Positions 8,608-17,063 of a DNA stretch of 44,839 bases are shown here, piece after piece. Below the pieces are notes generated by a model, which saw only the letters and a list, made by a program, of their open reading frames with translations, ran no database searches and was not told the origin of the DNA. Each line of letters starts with the position of its first letter. The stretch's first letter is position 1. The translations under genes and the position numbers were made by a program. The stretch comes from an uncultured bacterium (GTDB lineage Bacteria > Abyssobacteria > SURF-5), in assembly GCA_964607485.1 (NCBI GenBank), contig CAZSKP010000034.1:1-44839 (forward strand). Direction: 5' to 3'.

Positions 8608-9576
8608 ATGAATGAGCGAAGTCAATCCTGGCTCAGCGAGCGCATCGCGCAGGTCTCGAGCATAGCCGTTCCGGAGCGGCTCGAAATCATCACCGACACG
8701 ACCGAATTCATGAGCATCCACCGTGGTCATGTGCTCAAGCTCGACGGCCGACATTTTCTCGTCACGGGGAATATCTATGAATCTCGTTTCGGATTGAGCG
8801 ACGAGCCGAAATACTGGGTGAAGAAAGCGGTGGACCTGGAGACCGGAGCCCAGCAAATCATAAAGTTGGTCTATTATGAGGAATTTGTAGTGCGCATCGG
8901 CCGGCTCAGGATACGATGCTACAGGAAGCCCCGCAAGGAGACCCAGGTGCTCGAGCTCGTCCGAGGCAATTCGCACTTCATGCAGGGAGGTGCACTGTTC
9001 GACAAGAATCGCAATGAGGTGCGGACCATCGACTTCATTCGGGGCAAATCCCTGTATAACCTGATTTTTGATTTGAATCTGTCGCACGAAGAATACTTTT
9101 ACACGGTTCTTCCCCGTATTCTGAGGAAGCTCAGGGATTGCTTTGCAGCCATCCAGGTTCTACATGATTCCGGCCTGTGTCACGGCGATATCCGCAACGA
9201 CCACATCCTCGTCGAGAAGGATACGGATGATTATCGCTGGATCGATTTCGACCTCACGCAGGATTTCTCCGACTACGATATCTGGAGTCTTGGCAATGTG
9301 CTGCAATTCTGTATCGGGATGGGAATGAGGACCTTTTATGAAGTGTTTGAGTCCGGCAGTTTCCCCGAGGCGGTCAGGCGCCGGCTCGGCTCGGACGACG
9401 CCTCCGCGTTCTACGAGCACCGGATCATGAACCTGCAGAAACTTTTTCCCTACATACCCGACCGGCTCAACAACATCCTGCTTCATTTTGGTGTGAACAC
9501 CACGCGCTTTTACGAGTCGGTAACACAAATCGTCTCCGATATAGATGAGGTGTTGGAAGAGCTTCAGACGGCCTGA
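8608..9576 (+). CDS. Atypical Ser/Thr protein kinase-like protein
   Basis: IIKLV (ATP-binding Lys), HGDIRNDH catalytic-loop variant, WIDFD (DFG-like) and DIWSLG (subdomain IX). Start taken at ATG 8608. Confidence 0.8.
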   Translation: MNERSQSWLSERIAQVSSIAVPERLEIITDTTEFMSIHRGHVLKLDGRHFLVTGNIYESRFGLSDEPKYWVKKAVDLETGAQQIIKLVYYEEFVVRIGRLRIRCYRKPRKETQVLELVRGNSHFMQGGALFDKNRNEVRTIDFIRGKSLYNLIFDLNLSHEEYFYTVLPRILRKLRDCFAAIQVLHDSGLCHGDIRNDHILVEKDTDDYRWIDFDLTQDFSDYDIWSLGNVLQFCIGMGMRTFYEVFESGSFPEAVRRRLGSDDASAFYEHRIMNLQKLFPYIPDRLNNILLHFGVNTTRFYESVTQIVSDIDEVLEELQTA

Positions 9577-9578
9577 CC

Positions 9579-11114
9579 ATGGATAGACCCGTGAAAATTC
9601 TGCGAGCCAAGAAACGCGTCGGCATAGGGGTGAGGCTGGCCATCATGATGGCCGTGCTGATGGTTCTCTCGACTGGCTTTTTTGCAATACTCAGTCTGCT
9701 CAGCCAGCGCCACGAATCGATAGATATGTTCGTCCAAGGCTCTCTCAATATGTGCAGCTCGCTCGAGCGCATACTGCGCTTCAGTATGCTGGAGAACCGG
9801 CGCGACGAGATCAAATCGGCAATCAAGCAGATAGCCGTCGAAAATGTGATAGAAGAGGCTACGTTGGTGACTCACACCGGCGAGCCCGTTTACAGCAGCA
9901 ACCCCGGTTTGAGCGAGCGCGTTTCCATCGATGACATGCGATGCTCCGGATGTCATGCGGGGAGGGGGACGAGGCCCCTGCAGCGGTTGCCCGCGGCTGA
10001 GAACTTTCATCTTCTCAAGGAGCCGAAGGTGGCCAAGGTCTGGCTGCCGATCTATAACGCGCCCGAATGCTACAATAGCGCCTGTCACGCCCACTCTCCG
10101 GAGGAGAAGGTGCTTGGAGTGATGCAGTTGGACGTCTCCTACGCCGGCATCGACAAGCTGCTGGGCAGGTCATTCATGCGGCTCATGCCCCTTTCGATAC
10201 TCATAGCTCTGGTGACGTCGTTGATTGTTCTGGGACTGATTCGGCGCTGGGTTTCAAATCCCGTGAAGGACCTCCTGGACGGCACGCGCCGCGTAGCCGA
10301 CGGCGAACTGGGCCACGTCATTCCCGTCGGCGAAGCTGAGCTGGGCGCGCTGGCGCGGGCATTCAACAAGATGCAGGAGAAGCTTCTTTCCAGCCAGAGG
10401 CAGCTCATAATGATCGAGAAGCTTGCCTCCATCGGCAAGCTGTCGGCCTCGGTCGCGCACGAGATTAATAACCCGTTGACCGGCATCCTCACGTTTGCCG
10501 AGGACCTCGTCGATAGTTCCGAGCCGGAGGATCCTCGTCTTTCCGATTACAAGGTCATTCATCGGCAAGCCATTCGCTGCCGGCAGATTGTTCGGCAGTT
10601 GCTCGATTTTTCGCGCCAGGATAAGCCGAACCTGCAGCCGGTAGACATGAACGAAGTTCTTTTGCACACACTCGATTTTGTTTCCAGACAGGCTATCTTC
10701 CGCAACATCGTGATTGAGACAGACCTCCGGGAACATCTGCCGCCTGTGACCGCCGACCCGATACAACTCGAACAGGTGATACTGGACCTGTTGGTCAATG
10801 CTGCCGAAGCCATGCCCGACGGCGGCCGAATCTTCATCGCGTCCACTGCGCCGCCGACGAAAAAAGAAGTCGAGGTGTCCATACGCGACACGGGGCCGGG
10901 AATTCCCGAGGAGAATCTTCAACGAATATTCGAGCCTTTCTTTTCAACCAAGGGCGGCAAGTCGATGGGCATCGGCTTAGCCGTGAGCTGGAACATCATC
11001 AACCAGCACGGCGGTCGTCTGGAAGCCGAGTCGAAGCTTGGCGAAGGCACGACGTTCCGCATCACTATGCCGTGGGCCAAGCCCGCTCCGGCCGCCGTCG
11101 ACGCGCCAACGTAA
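9579..11114 (+). CDS. Membrane sensor histidine kinase with putative heme-c periplasmic domain, HAMP, HisKA and HATPase
   Basis: Two TM helices flanking CSGCH and CYNSACH; H-box VAHEINNPL; DTGPGI, FEPFFSTK and GIGL boxes. Confidence 0.93.
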   Translation: MDRPVKILRAKKRVGIGVRLAIMMAVLMVLSTGFFAILSLLSQRHESIDMFVQGSLNMCSSLERILRFSMLENRRDEIKSAIKQIAVENVIEEATLVTHTGEPVYSSNPGLSERVSIDDMRCSGCHAGRGTRPLQRLPAAENFHLLKEPKVAKVWLPIYNAPECYNSACHAHSPEEKVLGVMQLDVSYAGIDKLLGRSFMRLMPLSILIALVTSLIVLGLIRRWVSNPVKDLLDGTRRVADGELGHVIPVGEAELGALARAFNKMQEKLLSSQRQLIMIEKLASIGKLSASVAHEINNPLTGILTFAEDLVDSSEPEDPRLSDYKVIHRQAIRCRQIVRQLLDFSRQDKPNLQPVDMNEVLLHTLDFVSRQAIFRNIVIETDLREHLPPVTADPIQLEQVILDLLVNAAEAMPDGGRIFIASTAPPTKKEVEVSIRDTGPGIPEENLQRIFEPFFSTKGGKSMGIGLAVSWNIINQHGGRLEAESKLGEGTTFRITMPWAKPAPAAVDAPT

Positions 11115-11129
11115 ATCGGAGGGTCGCGA

Positions 11130-11912
11130 ATGTCAGAGCAAGTGAGAGTGCTCGTCGTGGACGACGAGGAAATCGTTCTGCAGAGCGTGCGCAAAGTGCT
11201 CAAACCCGACGAGGAACACCACTTCCTCATTGATACCGCACTGTCGGCGGCCGACGGGCTCGATCTCATGAGTCGAACGAAATACGACATAGTAGTGACC
11301 GATCTGATGATGCCGAACGTGGACGGGTTGGAGTTCACCGACCGCGTCCGTCAGCTCGAACCGGAGGCACGCGTCATCATGATCACCGGCTATGCGACCA
11401 TGCGAACCGCCTTGCAGGCTCTGCGCAGAGGGGCGTTCGACTACATCGCCAAGCCCTTCACAAAGGAAGAGCTGCGGGGCGTCGTCAAGAACGCTGCCCG
11501 GCTGCGAGGGGTTCCCGAAGCAAAAGGGGAAAAAGCGGCCGTCGAGCGAGGGGGCCTCAAGCCGGGGGAATGTCGCAGCTTTTTCAACCAAACGTATGCG
11601 TGCATGCAAGCGGATGGAACGATGTGTTTCGGAGTTGAGGCCGCCTTCCTTGCCAGTATCGGCGAACCGCTCAGTATCGAGGTCTCAAAGGTCGGCGAAA
11701 GCGTTTCTCAGGGGTTCCCGTTCGGCGCGATCACGAACTCGAACATGAGGGTCTTCAACCTGCGCTCGCCCTTCAGCGGACGCGTCCTGAAAGTGAACCA
11801 GGACGCGCTCGATGACATGAAAGTCGTGCGGGAAGACCCAAGGGGCAAAGGCTGGCTTGTCCAGGTTGCTCCCACCGATTTTGAGTCAGAGCTCGACAAC
11901 CTCGCGGGCTGA
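11130..11912 (+). CDS. Response regulator: receiver domain fused to a glycine-cleavage-H-like domain
   Basis: Receiver motifs VVDDEE, VTDLMMP, ITGY and YIAKPF. C-terminal VGESVSQGFPFG..SPFSGRVLKVN..EDPRGKGWLVQV matches the GcvH fold signature. Confidence 0.85.
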   Translation: MSEQVRVLVVDDEEIVLQSVRKVLKPDEEHHFLIDTALSAADGLDLMSRTKYDIVVTDLMMPNVDGLEFTDRVRQLEPEARVIMITGYATMRTALQALRRGAFDYIAKPFTKEELRGVVKNAARLRGVPEAKGEKAAVERGGLKPGECRSFFNQTYACMQADGTMCFGVEAAFLASIGEPLSIEVSKVGESVSQGFPFGAITNSNMRVFNLRSPFSGRVLKVNQDALDDMKVVREDPRGKGWLVQVAPTDFESELDNLAG

Positions 11913-11962
11913 GAAAATCTCTTCAAACCCCACATATCGAACCTGTGGGGACTGTCTTTCCC

Positions 11963-12018
11963 GTCATTCCCGCGGAAGCAGGAATCCATAGATTCCCCGG
12001 TCACGCTGGGGAACGACA
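11963..12018. repeat. REP-like palindromic doublet between convergent genes
   Basis: GTCATTCCCGCGGAAGCAGGAATCCA followed by the oppositely oriented unit TAGATTCCCCGGTCACGCTGGGGAACGAC. Each unit is an imperfect ATTCCC...GGGAA hairpin. Confidence 0.7.
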
Positions 12019-12071
12019 ATTATTCTAATCAAGGCGTAAGGGTGGTATTAAATTTCCGTCTTTGGGGAGTT

Positions 12072-14453
12072 TTAGTAGGTTGTGCCGATCAGGGAGGTCC
12101 GCATCAGCTCGCTTTGCGGGTTGGTGCGGAACAGAGGAAATTCGATCAGAGGCAGGTCGTCGCTCATGACCGGAGCGGCCTGGACGTAGCGCCTGACACC
12201 GTTTTCATCGAGCAGGAGCCGGGGTAGCACGCTTCTCCTGTCGGTGATGTCCTTGGTATAGAGCGAAAGGTCCTTCCTGACCGATGGAGCGTCGAAGTAT
12301 TCGTCGAAGGACTTCCTGTCGAACTGGAGCGGTTCGGGCGTGCCTATCAGGAATGTCCCCAGGTTGTAGCTCGAAGTCCAGACCGAGGTGTGAGGGAAGA
12401 CCTCTGCAAAAGTCCTGAGCAGCATCATGAACTGCTCCTCAGTGGATGAGTACATGGGGATCCACTGGCAGATGACCCCCTCCGGCGTCAAGCGCCTTTT
12501 GCACAGTTCATAGAATTCCTTCGTGTACAGGTTCACCGTTCCGGCGCTGTAGGGGGGAGGCGGCGGGTCTATCGTGATTACATCGTAGGTCTTGTTCGAG
12601 AGAAGAAGATAGTTTCTGCCGTCGGCTATTATCTTTCCCGCTTTCGGTCCTGTCAGGAGGGACGGGTCCTTTTGAAAATACTTGAACGCTTCGACGACAT
12701 AGGGGCAAAGCTCGACGAAATCGACGTCCATTCCCGCGCTCCTGGCTGAGACGAAGGTAGTTCCCATCCCGAAGCACACGACCAGAACGTTCCGGGGGTC
12801 GCTCGCCAAAGCGAGGGGAAGGTGCGCCATCAACTGCGGTTCCACGTGAAGGTATGTCATCGATATGCCGTTCACGGTGAGAACGCGCGTGCCCGTGGCG
12901 TTTTCGGCGACGGCAACGGCGGCCGTGGCGTCTTCGTCGAAAGCTATGACCTTCCACTCTTCGTTGGTCCGACCTTCAAGGAGCTTGACGGAGAGCTCCT
13001 TCATGAGATTGTTGCCAAAAGGCAGCCCCGCCACAGGCAGCACGAAGAGCGCGGCCGCAACCCAGTTGAAAGCGGCCACTCTTTCTTCCTTCATCGCCAC
13101 CGACAGGAGTGCGAAACCGCAGGACATGCTCACAAGAACGAGCAGCAGCACGCTGTTCTTGGAGCCAACGAGCGAAATTAGGACGAACCCGGCCACGAAC
13201 GACCCTACAATCGCGCCGACGGTGTTGACCGCATAGACCGTTCCCGTCTGCCTGCCTATCGCGCCCAGGCTGCGGGCGTATATCCTCACCGCCGTCGGGA
13301 AGGTGGCCCCCATGAGCAGCGTGGGCGGCAACACCACGACAACGGTGCTGGAGAGATTCTTCGCGAGATAGCCCCATGCGTTCGTCTTGAGCGAATAGGG
13401 CGTGAAGGGCAGCCGGCTGAAGAGAACCAATCCGCCGAGGACGCTCAGGCCGATGAGTATTTCCAACCAGGCAAAGGCATAGAGCGGTCGTCTCAGCTTG
13501 TCCACGATGCGGGCGAACAGCAGGCTCCCGGCCGTCAGCCCGAGCAGGTACACCGCCAGTATCATCGAAAATGAATATATCGAGCTGCCGAGCAGGAACA
13601 CGAGTATCCGCGACCAGAGAACCTCGTATGCCAGCGCCGCCATGCCGGAGAGTCCGAATATGAGGAGCACGACCCTCAGCGTGCCGGCGGAGTATCTCTC
13701 TTCCCCCTCTTCGCCCTTCGGTTCGGAGGTGTCACTTTCCGCCGGCAAAGCGTCTCCAAGCCGGCGATGCAGCCCGAACGCAATCACCCCGATGAGGAAA
13801 TTGACCGAGGCCGCCACGTGTTCGGACCTGCTTATCCCGATCCATCCAAGCAGCACAAAGCCCGCCAGGAAGCAGCCGGCCATCGCTCCAAGCGTGTTTA
13901 TCGCATACAGAGAACCGATGTTGGCCCCCCTCTGGTCCACTCTTCTGACCACGAACTTGGACAGAACGGGCAGCGTCGCGCCCATCAGCGTCGTGGGAAC
14001 TATCAGCACGCCCGCCGACATAAGGAACTTGACCAGGCTCATCGCATAGTTGGAGGCGCCGGTCTTGTTGTATAGGAACCGATATGCGGGAGTGAGCGCG
14101 GCGAGCGCAAACGGAATCAGGATCGCCGAAACGCCGATTCCTATCTCGAGCAGGGCGTAAACTCGAATGGGGTCTTTCCTCTTGTCGATGAAATTCCCAA
14201 ACCATATGCTTCCGCATGCAAGCCCTCCCATGAACGCCACCAGGACGGTGCTGATGGAATACACCGTGATTCCGAAAATGAGCGTGAGCCTGCGTGTCCA
14301 TACAATCTCATAAATGAGCGCGCACATGCCTGACAGGAAGAAAAGCAGGAGGAAGACGCCGAAACTGCCTGCGGGGAGTTCTCGCGGGCCAGCTGGCTTT
14401 TCGGTTTCTTCGACGCGCGGGCTCTGAAGCCTGGTGGATGAACTGCTTTGCAT
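12072..14453 (-). CDS. Fused MFS-like membrane domain / spermidine-synthase-like SAM-fold protein
   Basis: Duplicated membrane halves (LSGMCALIYEIVWTR and LSGMAALAYEVLWSR). C-terminal VLVVCFGMGTT, VELCP, ADGRNYL, DVITIDPP, NLYTKEFY and GVICQW. Confidence 0.88.
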   Translation of the reverse strand: MQSSSSTRLQSPRVEETEKPAGPRELPAGSFGVFLLLFFLSGMCALIYEIVWTRRLTLIFGITVYSISTVLVAFMGGLACGSIWFGNFIDKRKDPIRVYALLEIGIGVSAILIPFALAALTPAYRFLYNKTGASNYAMSLVKFLMSAGVLIVPTTLMGATLPVLSKFVVRRVDQRGANIGSLYAINTLGAMAGCFLAGFVLLGWIGISRSEHVAASVNFLIGVIAFGLHRRLGDALPAESDTSEPKGEEGEERYSAGTLRVVLLIFGLSGMAALAYEVLWSRILVFLLGSSIYSFSMILAVYLLGLTAGSLLFARIVDKLRRPLYAFAWLEILIGLSVLGGLVLFSRLPFTPYSLKTNAWGYLAKNLSSTVVVVLPPTLLMGATFPTAVRIYARSLGAIGRQTGTVYAVNTVGAIVGSFVAGFVLISLVGSKNSVLLLVLVSMSCGFALLSVAMKEERVAAFNWVAAALFVLPVAGLPFGNNLMKELSVKLLEGRTNEEWKVIAFDEDATAAVAVAENATGTRVLTVNGISMTYLHVEPQLMAHLPLALASDPRNVLVVCFGMGTTFVSARSAGMDVDFVELCPYVVEAFKYFQKDPSLLTGPKAGKIIADGRNYLLLSNKTYDVITIDPPPPPYSAGTVNLYTKEFYELCKRRLTPEGVICQWIPMYSSTEEQFMMLLRTFAEVFPHTSVWTSSYNLGTFLIGTPEPLQFDRKSFDEYFDAPSVRKDLSLYTKDITDRRSVLPRLLLDENGVRRYVQAAPVMSDDLPLIEFPLFRTNPQSELMRTSLIGTTY

Positions 14454-14520
14454 GATATTCTGTAAAAATAGCGTGCGGGGGTTGGAAACTGCCCTTCTTC
14501 CCTCCTGACGAGGGTAATCC

Positions 14521-14550
14521 TTGCTGCCTGGGTCGGGAGCATGCTATAAT
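14521..14550 (+). promoter_or_regulatory. sigma70 promoter for the YfhO-like gene
   Basis: TTGCTG-18 nt-TATAAT with extended TG. Confidence 0.65.
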
Positions 14551-14558
14551 TTCATTTC

Positions 14559-14587
14559 ATTGTATGTGATAACCGGGGCAAAGTCAA
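14559..14587 (-). promoter_or_regulatory. sigma70 promoter for the MFS/spermidine-synthase-like gene
   Basis: Minus strand TTGACT-17 nt-TACAAT. Confidence 0.7.
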
Positions 14588-14645
14588 CAAAATTAGCGGG
14601 TTGCAGCGCGTCGGAGAATCCCCAGCCCGGTTGCAAGGAATGGTC

Positions 14646-17063
14646 ATGGAGCGTGTTCGCAAATCGATTCCGCTCTGGCTGCTGGTTGGCCTGCTCTTCA
14701 TCTTCTGGCTCTTCAGCTACGGCCCGCTGCAACCGGTACCCAAGCCCGTGGAGGAATACGGGCTCTGGGCGCACAACATGTACAATGAATTTCTGCCCGA
14801 TTACGACTACGCGTTTCGCAGGCTGAAGTCCGGCCAATTGCCCTTATGGAATCCCTTTCAAACCTCCGGCTTACCTTCATTGGCCGCTCTGCAGGCCGGG
14901 GTCTTCTATCCGCCGAATGTGCTGTTTCTGGTGACATCCACCGAGGCCGCCATCGGCTATTCCACGCTCTTCCACCTGTGTTTTGCCGCCCTTTTCACCT
15001 ACCTCTTTTTCCGAAGCATCTTCCCTGAAGCGCATGTTCTCGGGGCCTGCGTGGCGGCGCTCGGGTTTGTGTTCAATCCGAGGATGTATGAGTTCGTGCT
15101 GTTTCCGGGAAACTTCATGACCGCCTGTTGGCTTCCCGCCGTGGCGTTCTTTGCCCAACGGATGGTCGTCAAGCGAACCCGGAGAAGTTGCGTGTTGCTG
15201 GGATTGAGCGTTGGGATGCCGTTTCTGGCGGGATTCGCTCCGGCAGCTGTGTACATATACCAGTTTCTCGTCCTGTTCCTCCTCTACCGGATAGGGTGGA
15301 TGGCGTTCGTCGAGCGCCAACGGCATGAAGCCGTCAGGGTCTTCGGCCTCTGCCTGTTGGCCGCAGCCGCGGCGCTGTTGCTGTTCAGCCCGCAGGTTCT
15401 GCCGACATATGAACTGACGCGCCTGAGCGCGAGGTCGCTCGGCACGATGACACCCGAGATGTCGCAGGTATATGGCCCCGAGCCCTACTCTTTTTCGACG
15501 TGGCTCTCGGGCGTTCTGTTTTATCCAAAGGCGATGGAGCTGGTTGACGGGCGCCACCCGATTCCGCCCTGGACGATATTCATGCTGCTTGCAACGCTGG
15601 GCGCTGTTCGCAAGAAGAACATCTCCTCTTCGGCTTTTCTCCTAGCGGTCGCGGCCGGATTCTTCGTCGTGTCGCTTGGAACGAATACCCCCATCTACCG
15701 CCTGTACTGGGACCATGTTCCCACGGGAAACTGGTTCACGACGCCGATACGGCTGCGGGTCGTTTCGTATTTTTGTCTCGCCGTCGTCGCAGGATACGGG
15801 ATGGACCTGCTCGCCGACAGAGATGCGCCGGAATGGCGAGCGCGAGCGGGTCTCCTGCTGCGCCTGGGAATCATTGTCGTCGCGTCGGCGGCGATGGTCG
15901 GGGCATGCCTGATTCTTCTCCGGGGCCCGGCGCTCCTCACCTACTCGGCCATGGGAATTCACCTCGTGCTTCTTATCGGATTGTGTATCACGGCATGGGG
16001 CGGCCAGAAATTCCTGCAGAGGCTTTTCCTCACAATGGTGATCGGCCTGATCGTCCTGGAAAGCTTCGTATGGTATGCAAACAAGGTGCCCTTTCCGGCC
16101 AAAGTGAATCCTAAGCAGACATTGTACAGCCAGGCGGTCGCCCAGGCGCTCAAATCCCTCGACGGCGGCTGGCGGACGCACATAGAGAACGGATGGGGGC
16201 TGACTTTTTTTGGATTGCCCACGGTGCCGGAAAAGTTCGGCTCGCTGTTCCTGATTCCCGTTACGACCAATTGGGAGCCTCTGACTCCCCGGATATATCA
16301 GGAATACTGCAACAACCTGACCGGCCGGCGCTTTTACTATGGCCGCTTCCAGATTGCGGGACGACCTTTTGATAAGAAGATGTTCGACATGCTCTCGGCG
16401 AGGTACATCGTGTTTTCGGACGCGGGGAAAGATTGGATATCCGCGCGCCTCCGAACCGAGCAGGGGAAGGAGCGGTACCGCCTTGTGAAGGACCTCGGCC
16501 CACAGAAGATATACGAAAACACTCAGGCGCTGGAGCGGGTGAATTTCGCCAGTAAGTGGGAGGTAATGAACAGCCCGGATGAGCTTTTCCGGAGGATGCA
16601 TGAGCAGTCGTTTGACCCGAGGACAACGGTGCTCTTGCTGGAGGCGCCGCCCGGCCCGGCTCTCACAGAAGGGGCCGTGGACGCAAGCGCCCCGGCGAAA
16701 GATGCGATACTGTCCTTCGACGCAGGGTTTGAGAACGTCGAGATCGAGGTTGATGCGCCCAGTCCGGGCATCGTGTGGATATCCGATTGTTATTATCCCG
16801 GCTGGAAGGTGTTTGTGGATGGCGTAGAAAGAGAAGTGCTGCGTGTGAATTATACCTTCAGGGGTGTACAGGTGGATAGCGGACGGCACAAGATAGAAAT
16901 GATGTTCCAGCCGGGTTCGTTCCGCCTGGGTCGCTTATTCGGCGGCCTGGGGCTCTTGCTCGCGATTTTCCTCGTTGTCTGGCCGGAGAGACGACCCGAT
17001 CCCGGCAAGTTGAAACGATACCAGCGTGACACCGAGCGGCAGAATGTGCAGGAGCAGCCTTGA
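14646..17063 (+). CDS. YfhO-family polytopic membrane protein (GT-C-like)
   Basis: GQLPLWNPFQTSGLP..GVFYPPN, QVLPTYEL..S.R and C-terminal SDCYYPGWKVFVDG..VNYTFRGV..G.H. Start taken at ATG 14646 after AAGGA (14640 is also possible). Confidence 0.85.
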   Translation: MERVRKSIPLWLLVGLLFIFWLFSYGPLQPVPKPVEEYGLWAHNMYNEFLPDYDYAFRRLKSGQLPLWNPFQTSGLPSLAALQAGVFYPPNVLFLVTSTEAAIGYSTLFHLCFAALFTYLFFRSIFPEAHVLGACVAALGFVFNPRMYEFVLFPGNFMTACWLPAVAFFAQRMVVKRTRRSCVLLGLSVGMPFLAGFAPAAVYIYQFLVLFLLYRIGWMAFVERQRHEAVRVFGLCLLAAAAALLLFSPQVLPTYELTRLSARSLGTMTPEMSQVYGPEPYSFSTWLSGVLFYPKAMELVDGRHPIPPWTIFMLLATLGAVRKKNISSSAFLLAVAAGFFVVSLGTNTPIYRLYWDHVPTGNWFTTPIRLRVVSYFCLAVVAGYGMDLLADRDAPEWRARAGLLLRLGIIVVASAAMVGACLILLRGPALLTYSAMGIHLVLLIGLCITAWGGQKFLQRLFLTMVIGLIVLESFVWYANKVPFPAKVNPKQTLYSQAVAQALKSLDGGWRTHIENGWGLTFFGLPTVPEKFGSLFLIPVTTNWEPLTPRIYQEYCNNLTGRRFYYGRFQIAGRPFDKKMFDMLSARYIVFSDAGKDWISARLRTEQGKERYRLVKDLGPQKIYENTQALERVNFASKWEVMNSPDELFRRMHEQSFDPRTTVLLLEAPPGPALTEGAVDASAPAKDAILSFDAGFENVEIEVDAPSPGIVWISDCYYPGWKVFVDGVEREVLRVNYTFRGVQVDSGRHKIEMMFQPGSFRLGRLFGGLGLLLAIFLVVWPERRPDPGKLKRYQRDTERQNVQEQP

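Noticed and set aside
8601-8609. Second TGCTATAAT as the kinase promoter
   Set aside because: It overlaps the ATG at 8608, so its transcript would omit the start codon. The copy at 8516 is more plausible.
11130-11912. Calling this gene gcvH or lbpA
   Set aside because: No lipoyl Lys, fused to a receiver domain, and no gcvP/T, lipoate ligase or sHdr genes in the window.
11963-12018. Palindromes as a CRISPR array or IS end
   Set aside because: Only two non-identical units, no spacers, and no cas or transposase genes.
12072-14453. Calling this gene speE
   Set aside because: The large membrane fusion and divergent motifs mean polyamine synthesis is not supported.
15642-16889. 415-aa minus ORF (similarly 24128-25321, 5274-6239, 40003-40971)
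   Set aside because: These are antisense to well-supported genes and have no motifs.
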